A program made the translations under genes and the position numbers. The notes beneath the pieces are model-generated. The model was not told where the DNA came from. It made no database searches and saw only the letters and a list, made by a program, of their open reading frames with translations. 64,000 nt of DNA from an uncultured Mycoplasmatota bacterium (GTDB taxonomy: Bacteria; Bacillota_I; Bacilli_A; RF39; UBA660): positions 132,458 to 196,457 of the forward strand of contig URCH01000001.1 of the NCBI GenBank assembly GCA_900546275.1, read 5' to 3'. This document shows, in pieces, positions 34,457 through 43,872 of the stretch; position 1 is the first letter of the stretch, and the number at the start of each line of letters is the position of its first letter.

Positions 34457-35710
34457 ATGAAACAAATAATAATAGAAGGTCAACATAGATTAAAAGGTAC
34501 AATAAGAATATGTGGTGCAAAAAACAGTGCCGTAGCGCTTCTTCCAGCTGCCATTTTGTCTGATGAAGAAGTAAAAATAGATAATGTTCCAAGTATTTCA
34601 GACATAGACGCATTAAGTGAAATATTAGAATATTTAGGTGCAAAAGTAACACGTCAAGATGAATTAGTTACAATTGATTCATCAACTATAGTAAATAAAG
34701 AAATACCAGAAGAAAAAGCAAAAAAATTAAGAGCTTCTTATTATTTTATGGGTGCTTTATTAGGAAAATATAAAAAAGTAGAAATATATTTTCCTGGAGG
34801 TTGTTCTATAGGGGCAAGACCCATTAATTTACATTTAAAAGGATTTGAAGCTTTAGGAGCAAAAATTACTGAAACAAAAAACAAATTTACTATAGAAGCA
34901 AAAGAATTAATAGGAAATAGGATTTATTTAGATATAGCATCAGTAGGTGCAACTATAAATATTATGTTTGCAGCAGTAAAAGCAAAAGGTGTAACAACAA
35001 TAGAAAATGCAGCTAAGGAACCAGAAATAGTAAATATTGCTACATTTTTAAATAATATGGGAGCTAAAATAATTGGTGCTGGTACTAGTACAATAACTAT
35101 AACAGGTGTAGAAAAACTGGGAAAAGCATTCACAGAAGTAATACCAGATAGAATAGAAGCGGGAACCTATATAATAGCGGGTGCTTTGATTGGGGATAAC
35201 TTAAAAATTGATAATGTAATACCAAGCCATATAGAATCATTAACTTCTAAATTACAGGAAATGAATGTAAAACTAGAAATTAATTCAGATTCAGTAGTGG
35301 TATCATCAACACCAAATTTATGTGCTTCATCAATTAAAACACTAGGTTACCCAGGCTTTCCAACAGATTTACAACAACCAATAACTGCATTGTTTACACA
35401 AGCTAGTGGTACATCTGTAGTAGAAGAAACAATATACGAAAATAGATTTTTAAATGTAGAATATTTAAATAATATGGGAGCAGATATAAAAATAAATTGT
35501 AATAAATTAAAAATTAATGGTCCAACAAAATTAATTGGAAAAGAAGTACTAGCAACAGACTTAAGAGCAGGCGCATGTTTAATATTAGCAGGTTTAATAG
35601 CTGAGGGGACAACTGTAGTTAAAGAAGTTGAACATATATTAAGAGGATATGATAATATAGTTGGAAAATTAAACAATGTAGGTGCAAAATTAAGAATAGA
35701 AGAGTATTAA
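34457..35710 (+). CDS. murA: UDP-N-acetylglucosamine 1-carboxyvinyltransferase
   Basis: MKQIIIEGQHRLKGTIRICGAKNSAVALLPA... EPT fold. Start at internal ATG with GGAGGA RBS; the track ORF includes 41 unsupported upstream codons. Confidence 0.9.
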   Translation: MKQIIIEGQHRLKGTIRICGAKNSAVALLPAAILSDEEVKIDNVPSISDIDALSEILEYLGAKVTRQDELVTIDSSTIVNKEIPEEKAKKLRASYYFMGALLGKYKKVEIYFPGGCSIGARPINLHLKGFEALGAKITETKNKFTIEAKELIGNRIYLDIASVGATINIMFAAVKAKGVTTIENAAKEPEIVNIATFLNNMGAKIIGAGTSTITITGVEKLGKAFTEVIPDRIEAGTYIIAGALIGDNLKIDNVIPSHIESLTSKLQEMNVKLEINSDSVVVSSTPNLCASSIKTLGYPGFPTDLQQPITALFTQASGTSVVEETIYENRFLNVEYLNNMGADIKINCNKLKINGPTKLIGKEVLATDLRAGACLILAGLIAEGTTVVKEVEHILRGYDNIVGKLNNVGAKLRIEEY

Positions 35711-35724
35711 ATAAAATATAATTA

Positions 35725-35748
35725 AAGTAGATTTATCTACTTTTTTTT
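35725..35748 (+). terminator. rho-independent terminator after murA
   Basis: AGTAGATttATCTACT followed by TTTTTTT. Confidence 0.55.
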
Positions 35749-35758
35749 GAGGTGAAAA

Positions 35759-36277
35759 ATGAAAAAATGTTTCTTCTTATTATCAATTATTTTAATAGTA
35801 ATATTAATATATTCAGGTACAAAGGTAACAAAAAAATCATACCTTGTATTAGGAATTGATTCAAACTTAGATTATATAAATGATAAAAAAAGTAATTTAG
35901 AAAAGAACAACAAATTACTTAACTTTAATACAAAGTATGTAAATAAAAACTATAGGATAACAGATATAATAAATGATATAAAATTTAAAAAGGAAATAGA
36001 TAATAAAACGATTTTAAATTATATTATAAAAGCAGATTATATAACAGTTAATGTAGGATATAATGATTTAAAATCAATAATTAATGAATCAGAAATTTAT
36101 TTATATGATGATATTGATAGCATAATAATAGATTTAGATGAACTGTTTAAATTATTAAGAATGTATAGTAAGGAAAAAATAGAATTTATGAAAATAGAAA
36201 CAAATTCAAACATAGATGATTATGTAAACTCTAGGGTAGAAAAATTATGCAATAAATACAATATTATATATATATAA
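35759..36277 (+). CDS. hypothetical membrane-anchored protein
   Basis: N-terminal TM. Weak SGNH-like blocks (LGIDSN, VGYND) but no DxxH; family uncertain. Confidence 0.4.
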   Translation: MKKCFFLLSIILIVILIYSGTKVTKKSYLVLGIDSNLDYINDKKSNLEKNNKLLNFNTKYVNKNYRITDIINDIKFKKEIDNKTILNYIIKADYITVNVGYNDLKSIINESEIYLYDDIDSIIIDLDELFKLLRMYSKEKIEFMKIETNSNIDDYVNSRVEKLCNKYNIIYI

Positions 36278-36297
36278 ATAACAAAAGGAGGTATAAG

Positions 36298-36942
36298 ATG
36301 GAAAATAAATTATATTCAAAAATCTATTTATGGTTATTTTTAGGATTGTTAGTATCATTTTTGACAGGTTATTTTGTATCAACAAATGCAAATATGCTAT
36401 TTAATTTAATAAAACCTGGATATGTTATTGGTATACTTGTTATAGAAGTGTTTATTGCTATTTTCTTATCTGCTAGAATAACAAAGATGCAACCAATGAC
36501 AGCTAAAATACTTTACTTTGTTTATTCATTTACAACAGGATTATCTTTATCATTTGTATTTGTGGTATATGAAATAACATCAATTATATATGTATTTGCA
36601 GTAACATCATTGTTATTTGGAATATTTGCATTTATTGGAAAGGTAACAAAATTAGATTTGTCAAAAGTAAGTACAGTTTTATTAATGGGTTTAATAGCGC
36701 TTGTACTAGTAACCTTAATTAATTTGTTCATAGGTTCAGAAACAATAGATTTAATATTATGTTATGCAGGTATCATAATTTTCTTAGGTTATATTGCATA
36801 TGACATGCAAAAAGTAAAATACTTACAAAATGTAATTCCTGATCAAGAAAATCTATCAATCTTTTGTGCTTTTCAATTATATTTAGATTTTATAAACCTA
36901 TTTTATAGATTAATTTCACTATTTGGAAAATCAAAAGATTAA
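36298..36942 (+). CDS. Bax inhibitor-1/YccA family membrane protein
   Basis: Seven TM segments and C-terminal conserved LYLDFINLF motif. Confidence 0.65.
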   Translation: MENKLYSKIYLWLFLGLLVSFLTGYFVSTNANMLFNLIKPGYVIGILVIEVFIAIFLSARITKMQPMTAKILYFVYSFTTGLSLSFVFVVYEITSIIYVFAVTSLLFGIFAFIGKVTKLDLSKVSTVLLMGLIALVLVTLINLFIGSETIDLILCYAGIIIFLGYIAYDMQKVKYLQNVIPDQENLSIFCAFQLYLDFINLFYRLISLFGKSKD

Positions 36943-37030
36943 AAAATAGTTGCTTTTTAATAAATTTATTGTTATACTATTTTAGTAAATTTCTATGACA
37001 TATTGGTTGTCATGGCGGAAGGAGATATAT

Positions 37031-37237
37031 ATGAAAAAAGGAATACATCCTGAATATGTAGATACTAAAGTTACATGTGCATGTGGTAATACTTTTACAG
37101 TAAAATCAAATAAAAAAGAACTACACCTAGAAGTATGTAATAAATGTCATCCATTCTTTAACGGTGGACAAGGTACTACTACTAAGAAAACAGGAGCAGT
37201 AGAAAAATTTAATCGTAAATTTGGAAGAACAGCTTAA
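37031..37237 (+). CDS. rpmE: 50S ribosomal protein L31 (zinc-binding type A)
   Basis: MKKGIHPEY...CACGN...CNKCHPFF with CxxC x2; GGAGA RBS. Track ORF starts 12 codons upstream. Confidence 0.85.
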   Translation: MKKGIHPEYVDTKVTCACGNTFTVKSNKKELHLEVCNKCHPFFNGGQGTTTKKTGAVEKFNRKFGRTA

Positions 37238-37249
37238 GCTGTTTTTTTA
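37229..37249 (+). terminator. rho-independent terminator of rpmE
   Basis: ACAGCTTAAGCTGT self-complementary hairpin containing the stop codon, followed by TTTTTTT. Confidence 0.55.
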
Positions 37250-37252
37250 TTA

Positions 37253-37279
37253 TAAAAAAAGCTGTTTTATTTAACAGCT
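37253..37279 (-). terminator. rho-independent terminator of minus-strand ATP-grasp gene
   Basis: Minus strand GCTGTTaaataaAACAGC followed by TTTTTTT. Confidence 0.5.
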
Positions 37280-38502
37280 TACCATTTATTATTTTTATAT
37301 TTTTTTATATAATTAAATTTTCTCACAAATAACCAAATTTTTCTTTTAAAAGAATTATCATATTTACAATTTAATGGATCAATAACTTTTGATGTTTTTA
37401 ATATTTGATTTATTTCATTTTTTAAAGTTTTATTGTCAATATATTTTTTTATTACTGCTTTAGGCACAAAGGATAAAACACATTTTTTATTGATATGAAT
37501 ATATTTTTTTTGCTTTTTATAAATTAAATCATCTACCATATATTTTACTAAATTATAACCACAGGCTGTTAAATAATAACTACTTCTTGCTTGTCTTGGA
37601 TTTATTTCAAATACCTTATATTTCCCATCTCTTGCATCATATTTCATATCAAACTCGGCAAAGCCTTCATACTTGTTTTCTTCTAGGAATTTTTTCATCT
37701 TTTCAACTTGTTCTTCAATACCATTGAATTCGGAAAAACCATTTACAAGTACAGTACAATTTCCAATTCCAGTTTTTGTATGTTCTTGCAATCCTATTTG
37801 GGCAAAAGTTGATAATTCAACTTGATGTTTTTTATTACAAAAGAAGATAGCATCAAATAACTTTGTATCATCGCCTGGTATAAATTCCTGAATAATTAGG
37901 TTATCATCATAACCAGAAACTTCTATATCACTGATAACTTTAAATAATTGGTTTTTGTTTGTAATTTTATAAACCTTTGCCTGCCCATCAAAATGATGTT
38001 TATAATAACTTACTCCATTTCCAGGTTTAATAATTAAAGGATATTTAAATTTTTCTAATTGTTTATTTGAAATGTTTTGTTTACTATTACATTTGTATAC
38101 ATAGGTTTCTGGAAAATCTAATTCAGAATCTTTAAAACTAGTATAAAAATTATCTTTAATCAATAGATTATTTAATAATTCAATATTAATAGAGTAGAAA
38201 CAATAATATTTTTTTAATATATCTTTATTTTCAACTATTAGTCTTACATAAAAATCATTACTAGGAATTAAAACTAGTTTTGTTGAGTTGTGTTCTTTCC
38301 CAAATTTAACCAATGTATCGACAAAAGTTTCTGTATCCCATAAATTTGGTTCATAGCAAATATTAAGTATTTTACTTGTTCCAGTAAAATGCATATATTC
38401 TTTAGCTATTAAAAATGGTTTTATTTTATATTGTTCATAACAGCATCTTGCCATATAATAAGCATTTATATCAGAACCTAGAATTACAACATTAAATTTC
38501 AT
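37279..38502 (-). CDS. ATP-grasp family ligase, uncharacterised
   Basis: 407 aa. ATP-grasp hallmarks: IIKPGNGVS, IIQEFIPGDD, FEINPR. Not a canonical Ddl, which is encoded separately at 56289. Confidence 0.55.
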   Translation of the reverse strand: MKFNVVILGSDINAYYMARCCYEQYKIKPFLIAKEYMHFTGTSKILNICYEPNLWDTETFVDTLVKFGKEHNSTKLVLIPSNDFYVRLIVENKDILKKYYCFYSINIELLNNLLIKDNFYTSFKDSELDFPETYVYKCNSKQNISNKQLEKFKYPLIIKPGNGVSYYKHHFDGQAKVYKITNKNQLFKVISDIEVSGYDDNLIIQEFIPGDDTKLFDAIFFCNKKHQVELSTFAQIGLQEHTKTGIGNCTVLVNGFSEFNGIEEQVEKMKKFLEENKYEGFAEFDMKYDARDGKYKVFEINPRQARSSYYLTACGYNLVKYMVDDLIYKKQKKYIHINKKCVLSFVPKAVIKKYIDNKTLKNEINQILKTSKVIDPLNCKYDNSFKRKIWLFVRKFNYIKKYKNNKW

Positions 38503-38584
38503 ATTATCACCTTATATAATTATATCAGTTTTACTTAATTGTGTAAATTGTATAAGAAAAAATTGAAGTAAAAATTCTCCAATT

Positions 38585-39769
38585 TTATTCATTAGTATTG
38601 ATTACTTTATTATTTTTTATATATACCCTTGGTAATAAAGGTGAAATACATGTCATTGTCTTGTAAATTGTTGTTCCGCAGTGATTACTTAAATTTCTTA
38701 TATTTGCATTATCTCCAATTATTTCAACTTTATCACCGATTTTTACATTTTTATTAACTATGATTGAAATCATTCCCATATTGACGGTCCCAATAATTTT
38801 ACACGCTTGTTTATTTATAAAAACATAACCACCATGGGCATTTAAATCAATTCCATCAGCATATCCAATACATACAGTTGCAACTTGAATATCTTTTCCA
38901 GTATGTTCATATCCAAGGTATCCAATAAATTCTCCGTTATGTACAGTTTTAATTTCTATAATTTTACTATATAAACTAAGCGCTGGATATAATTCAATAT
39001 TTCTATCAAAATTATATTTTTCTATATGATATTTTTTTTGTCTTAGGATTGCTTTAAATTTTCTTAGTTTTCCTTTAAAAGAATTATCCAATTTTGGAAT
39101 TTGATTATATCCATAAATGGAAATTCCAAATCTAACTCCGTTTGCATATTCTATTTTTTCGTTGCACATGCAAGTTAAACTTCTATCAATATGAATTATT
39201 TTAAATTGTGTTAAATCAACATTTTTTACTATTTTATCAAAATTGTTTAGTTGAATTTTTCTGTATGGATCGCTAATTCCTAATGATGCCATATGTGTAT
39301 ATATTCCTTCTAATATAAAATTATAGCGTTTTAATAAATTAATTGCTTTTATTAGATCTTTATTATTATTAAATCCAAGTCTATTCATACCAGAGTCGAT
39401 TTTAATATGAACCTTTAAATTTTTTAATTTTAAATCGCATAATTGTTTAACATATTGCAAATTTGAAATGGTAATTGTAATATTTTGTTCTACACATTTA
39501 TTAATCCATTTTATATCTATGGGTTCTAAACATAATATTGGAATTTCATTATTTAATTTTCTAACATTCATAGCTTCTTCAAGATTAGAAACTGCAATAT
39601 AATTAATTCCGTTTTCTATTAAAGTATTTACTATATAATACCCATGTCCATATGCATTGCCTTTTATAACTCCAAAATAGTAATTATATTGATTATATTT
39701 ATCAATAAGATTTTTAACATTTGAACCTATTTTATCTAGATTAATTTCAAGATATGTGTCTCTATACAT
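38585..39769 (-). CDS. alr: alanine racemase
   Basis: PLP-lysine motif VIKGNAYGHG and C-terminal beta domain. Start at ATG 39769 (MYRDTYLEIN) with GGGAGA RBS; the track ORF begins 5 codons upstream at a TTG. Confidence 0.85.
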   Translation of the reverse strand: MYRDTYLEINLDKIGSNVKNLIDKYNQYNYYFGVIKGNAYGHGYYIVNTLIENGINYIAVSNLEEAMNVRKLNNEIPILCLEPIDIKWINKCVEQNITITISNLQYVKQLCDLKLKNLKVHIKIDSGMNRLGFNNNKDLIKAINLLKRYNFILEGIYTHMASLGISDPYRKIQLNNFDKIVKNVDLTQFKIIHIDRSLTCMCNEKIEYANGVRFGISIYGYNQIPKLDNSFKGKLRKFKAILRQKKYHIEKYNFDRNIELYPALSLYSKIIEIKTVHNGEFIGYLGYEHTGKDIQVATVCIGYADGIDLNAHGGYVFINKQACKIIGTVNMGMISIIVNKNVKIGDKVEIIGDNANIRNLSNHCGTTIYKTMTCISPLLPRVYIKNNKVINTNE

Positions 39770-39911
39770 AAAATCATCTCCCAATTTTGTTTCATTATAT
39801 CATGTATTTATATTTTAGTAAATTCCATTAATACCCTCAAAAAAATAAAAACGTTGACTTTTTATTCGTTTAGTATTGTAAAATCATTGGCTAAATGTTA
39901 CAATAAAATTG

Positions 39912-40037
39912 TTCTTATAAAGAGTGATGGAGGGACTAGCCCGAAAAAGTCACACCAACCTATTAAATTAGGTGGTAAAGCTAGTATGATAAGATAACTT
40001 GAAAAAGCTTAAGAAAGTTATCTTAGGCTTTTTTTAT
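39912..40037 (+). promoter_or_regulatory. SAM-I (S-box) riboswitch with intrinsic terminator
   Basis: TTCTTATAAAGAGTGATGGAGGGACTAGCCCGAAAAAGTCACACCAACC...GGTGGTAAAGCTAG...ATAAGATAAC matches the S-box core (CTCTTATCAAGAGAGGYGGAGGGACTGGCCCGATGA...CAACC). A terminator TAAGATAACTTT...AAAGTTATCTTAGGCTTTTTTT follows. Sits upstream of metK, the classic S-box target. Confidence 0.8.
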
Positions 40038-40054
40038 AAGATGGAGGAGGAAAA

Positions 40055-41080
40055 ATGAAGTTTTATAGTAATGAAATAGTGTTCAGAGGGCATCCAGATA
40101 AGGTTTGTGATCAAATAAGTGATGCTATATTAGATGAATGCTTAAAACAAGATGAAAATTCCAGATGTGGAATCGAGGTCGCTGGCGGCAAAAACAAAAT
40201 ATTTGTAACTGGAGAAATAACAAGTAATGCAAAATTTAATTTAGAAGCTTTGGTAAAAAGAGTATTAAGAGATATAGGTTATAGAACTGATTATGAGATA
40301 ATAGACGATATTGGTAAACAGAGTATTGATATTGCTTTAGGAACAAATGATGAAGTTTCTGGTGCAGGGGATAATGGAATGATGTTTGGATTTGCGTGCA
40401 GAGATACTAATCAAATGTTACCAACAGCAATGGTAATATTACAAGAATTGAGTCAAAAATATGACGAATTAAGAAAGGAAGATAAAAGATTTTTACCAGA
40501 TGGAAAGGCCCAAATAACTGGTATTTATGATAAGAATAATAAATTAGTTAGTATAAAAACATTTACTATATGTTATCAAAATACAGAAAAGGATAGAAAA
40601 AATACAGATTTAATATTAAAACAAATATGTGAAAAAATATGTGAAAAGTATAATATTACTGTAAATGAATATTTGATAAATCCAACAGGTAGATTTGAAA
40701 TAGGTGGATTTGATGGAGATGCAGGTTTAACTGGTAGAAAAATAGTGGTTGATAGTTATCAATCATTTGCTAAAGTAGGTGGAGGAGCATTTTCAGGAAA
40801 AGATCCAAGCAAAGTGGATAGAAGTGGTGCATATAAGGCTAGACAGATTGCAAAAGAAATATTGAAATCAAATGAAAATTATGATTGGTGTCAAGTTCAA
40901 TTATCGTATGCAATTGGTATGCAAAAACCATTAGCAATATATATAGAAACCAATTGTGGTAACGTAGAACCATCTGAGGAATTATATGAACAATGTAAAT
41001 TAAAAAATATACTTAATGATTTAAATTTAAAACATATTAATTATGAGGAGTTAGCTAAATATGGTCACTTCAGAGATTAA
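40055..41080 (+). CDS. metK: S-adenosylmethionine synthetase
   Basis: GHPDKVCDQISDAILD and GGGAFSGKDPSKVDRSGAY motifs; strong GGAGGAGG RBS. 341 aa, shorter than typical. Confidence 0.9.
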   Translation: MKFYSNEIVFRGHPDKVCDQISDAILDECLKQDENSRCGIEVAGGKNKIFVTGEITSNAKFNLEALVKRVLRDIGYRTDYEIIDDIGKQSIDIALGTNDEVSGAGDNGMMFGFACRDTNQMLPTAMVILQELSQKYDELRKEDKRFLPDGKAQITGIYDKNNKLVSIKTFTICYQNTEKDRKNTDLILKQICEKICEKYNITVNEYLINPTGRFEIGGFDGDAGLTGRKIVVDSYQSFAKVGGGAFSGKDPSKVDRSGAYKARQIAKEILKSNENYDWCQVQLSYAIGMQKPLAIYIETNCGNVEPSEELYEQCKLKNILNDLNLKHINYEELAKYGHFRD

Positions 41081-41097
41081 TATACTCTTTATATAAT

Positions 41098-41120
41098 GGG
41101 ATATTTAATATCCTTTTTAA
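41098..41120 (+). terminator. hairpin plus T-run after metK
   Basis: GGATATttaATATCC followed by TTTTT. Confidence 0.45.
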
Positions 41121-41215
41121 TTTGTAATTAGTTTGAAGACTTCATTTACTTGATTATTTTTGTTCCAAGATATATAATATATATTATATAACTATAATGA
41201 GAGCGATGGTGTAAA

Positions 41216-42826
41216 ATGACTATTTTAAAGAATAAATTAAAAACAGTTGCAAAACAATTATTAGGTGAGAATTTAAAAATAAGTAAAACTACTTATAATC
41301 CTAAAAATTCGACTAAAGCATTGGAAGAATATATAAATAATTATCCAGATTCCATATCTAATTATAAGAAAATAGGAAGAAGAAGAGATAGAAAAGAGTT
41401 TTATCCAGCAGTAAAAAAAATAGAAGATGGATATAATTTGCTTTATAGGGATTTGCACAAATATGATAGTAATGGAGTTACAGAGTTAATAGAATATTCT
41501 TCTGTAAGAAGTGGTACACCTATGCGAACAAAACCATTTCCAATGTGTAGAGAATATGCAATTAGAATGCTTATGAGTAAATACTTATATAGATATCCAG
41601 CTATAAGTGATAAATCATTAGGATGTCAAAATTTCATAAATTACCTTGTTAGAGAAGGATTTGAGTTGGAAAAATGTGATGGTTATGATGGCTTAGGAGT
41701 TGATAATATTGTTTTTACTTATTCAACTACGCATGCATTTAATATGATTATTCAAACACTTTGTAAGCCAGAAGATGTTGTTATAATGACAGGCCCAAAT
41801 TATGGATTATTTGCAGTTGAACCCGAAAAAATAGACGCTAGAGTTGAAATCCTTGATTTAAGCCCAGAAGACAATTGGTATGTCAATCCACAAAAATTAG
41901 ATAAAAAAATAGATGATATTAATGAAAAATTGAAATTAGAATTTAAAGGTAAACTAGATTATGTTCCAAGAGTTGTTGCTTTTTTAAATATGAACCCTCA
42001 TAATCCACTTGGCAAAGTAATGAATTCAAAAAATATTGATATTTTAAAAGGAATTGGCGATGTTTGTTTAGAAAAAGGAGTTTTTGTAATAGATGATTTA
42101 ATATATCGTGATCTAACGTTTGATCAAAATGATTTAGCTGTTCCTTTAGCGAGCATGCCTAAATATTTTAATAATACAATTTCATTGTTTGGTGTTTCAA
42201 AGGCATATGGTTTAGCAGGTGTAAGAGCCGGAGTTATAGTAGCTCCAATACCAATATGCAATGGGATTTGTGATATAATTTTTTCAAATATGGATTCAAT
42301 TTCATTACTTCAAACTCAAATAATAGCCGGCGCTTTTAATGGCAGTAATAGAAGGTATAGAGCAGCTAAACGTTATTTTAAACCAATAATTAAGGAATAT
42401 AAATATAGACTTGATTTATTGCAATGTTTAGTAGAAGGAATTGATTCAGTTAAGTCTAAAAAACAGATTAATAGAATAAAAAAAGATATAAAAAAATATA
42501 CAAAAGATGAAAATCTTCAAAAACAACTATTATCGGGAATTCCTGATGTTGTTTTAAGAAAGGATACTTACCCAGAAGCAGGATTTTTTGCAATAGTTGA
42601 TTTTACACAATATAAAGGAAAAAAAGACAATGAAAAAATAATAAAGAATGATGCTGACTTTGTTGAGTTTTTATATAAAGAAACTAAGATAAAATGCATA
42701 ATGGGGTTAAATATGTCTTGGCCGAATGAATCAGAGATAATTGCGAGAATTTGTTTTTCACTAGAAATAAAAGACTTAATTTATAATTTTGAATTAATAG
42801 GAAGGGCATTAAAAAAATTAGTATAA
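41216..42826 (+). CDS. PLP-dependent aminotransferase class I/II fold enzyme with ~130-aa N-terminal extension
   Basis: PLP-lysine block GVSKAYGLAGVRAG, upstream NPHNPLG motif; 536 aa. Confidence 0.65.
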   Translation: MTILKNKLKTVAKQLLGENLKISKTTYNPKNSTKALEEYINNYPDSISNYKKIGRRRDRKEFYPAVKKIEDGYNLLYRDLHKYDSNGVTELIEYSSVRSGTPMRTKPFPMCREYAIRMLMSKYLYRYPAISDKSLGCQNFINYLVREGFELEKCDGYDGLGVDNIVFTYSTTHAFNMIIQTLCKPEDVVIMTGPNYGLFAVEPEKIDARVEILDLSPEDNWYVNPQKLDKKIDDINEKLKLEFKGKLDYVPRVVAFLNMNPHNPLGKVMNSKNIDILKGIGDVCLEKGVFVIDDLIYRDLTFDQNDLAVPLASMPKYFNNTISLFGVSKAYGLAGVRAGVIVAPIPICNGICDIIFSNMDSISLLQTQIIAGAFNGSNRRYRAAKRYFKPIIKEYKYRLDLLQCLVEGIDSVKSKKQINRIKKDIKKYTKDENLQKQLLSGIPDVVLRKDTYPEAGFFAIVDFTQYKGKKDNEKIIKNDADFVEFLYKETKIKCIMGLNMSWPNESEIIARICFSLEIKDLIYNFELIGRALKKLV

Positions 42827-43818
42827 TGAAAAGAAATATAATTAATAAATTAAAGCGTCTCCTTTTCATGATTTTTAAACTAAAGGTTACACTTTATGAC
42901 GAAATAAATAAGCCGAAATACAAAAAAAATATTGCATTAGTATCTTGCGATAAATGGAAAAACAAGGTAATAGATGATGTTAAATTAAAATATTATTTAA
43001 ATAAACATTCAGTGGGAGCAGATATAATTTCCTGGCAAGATAATGATATTGATTATAAAAAATATGATTCAGTAGTTATACGTTCTATCTGGGGTTATGT
43101 TAATTACAAAGAGGCTTTTTTCGATTGGCTTAAGCTTTTAGAAAAAAATAATGTAAAAATATTTAATAGTGGCGAAGTTATAAAAAAAAATTATGATAAA
43201 TATATACAGTTTAATATATTAAAGAAAAATCATATCCAAACAGTTAAAACAGAATTTTTAAATGTAGATGAAAATATAATTGAAAAAATTGAAAAATTAA
43301 ATATTAAAAAATTATTTGTTATTAAGCCATCAATTTCTGAAAGTAGTAATGATACTTATATAATTGGTAATCAAAATACAGAGTACAAAAATGTTATATC
43401 TAAGGAGCAAGTTATTGATAAGTTTAAGAATATAAATAAAGATTCAAGACTAATGATTCAACCTTTCATAGAAGAAGTTTTTGATGGAGAGTATTCAATC
43501 TGCTGTATAAATGGAAAAATAACACATGCTGTACTTAAGTTTAATGATGTTTTTAGCGATGGAAATTGGGTAAAATATATACCAAGAGATAGTTTAGATC
43601 CAAAAATAATTGAAATAACAGAAAAAGTATTGCAAATAGACGAGTATAAAGATAATATTTATATTCGTTTAGATATAATAAAATATAAAACAGATTATTT
43701 GGTAATGGAAGTTGAACTTTTAGATCCCAACCTCTTTATATCTTTTATATCAGATAAAAAAATTAGGAATGAAGTATATGATTTTTTTGCACTTTGTATA
43801 ATTGAACAACTTTCTTGA
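42826..43818 (+). CDS. ATP-grasp-like protein, uncharacterised
   Basis: Pattern KLFVIKPSISESSNDTYI ... MIQPFIEE ... YLVMEVELLDP resembles the RimK/GshB-type ATP-grasp core; start abuts the upstream stop (TAATG). Confidence 0.45.
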   Translation: MKRNIINKLKRLLFMIFKLKVTLYDEINKPKYKKNIALVSCDKWKNKVIDDVKLKYYLNKHSVGADIISWQDNDIDYKKYDSVVIRSIWGYVNYKEAFFDWLKLLEKNNVKIFNSGEVIKKNYDKYIQFNILKKNHIQTVKTEFLNVDENIIEKIEKLNIKKLFVIKPSISESSNDTYIIGNQNTEYKNVISKEQVIDKFKNINKDSRLMIQPFIEEVFDGEYSICCINGKITHAVLKFNDVFSDGNWVKYIPRDSLDPKIIEITEKVLQIDEYKDNIYIRLDIIKYKTDYLVMEVELLDPNLFISFISDKKIRNEVYDFFALCIIEQLS

Positions 43819-43872
43819 TGAATTTACATTTTTTGTTATACATGGTATAATCACATAGAAGGTAGGTATAGT

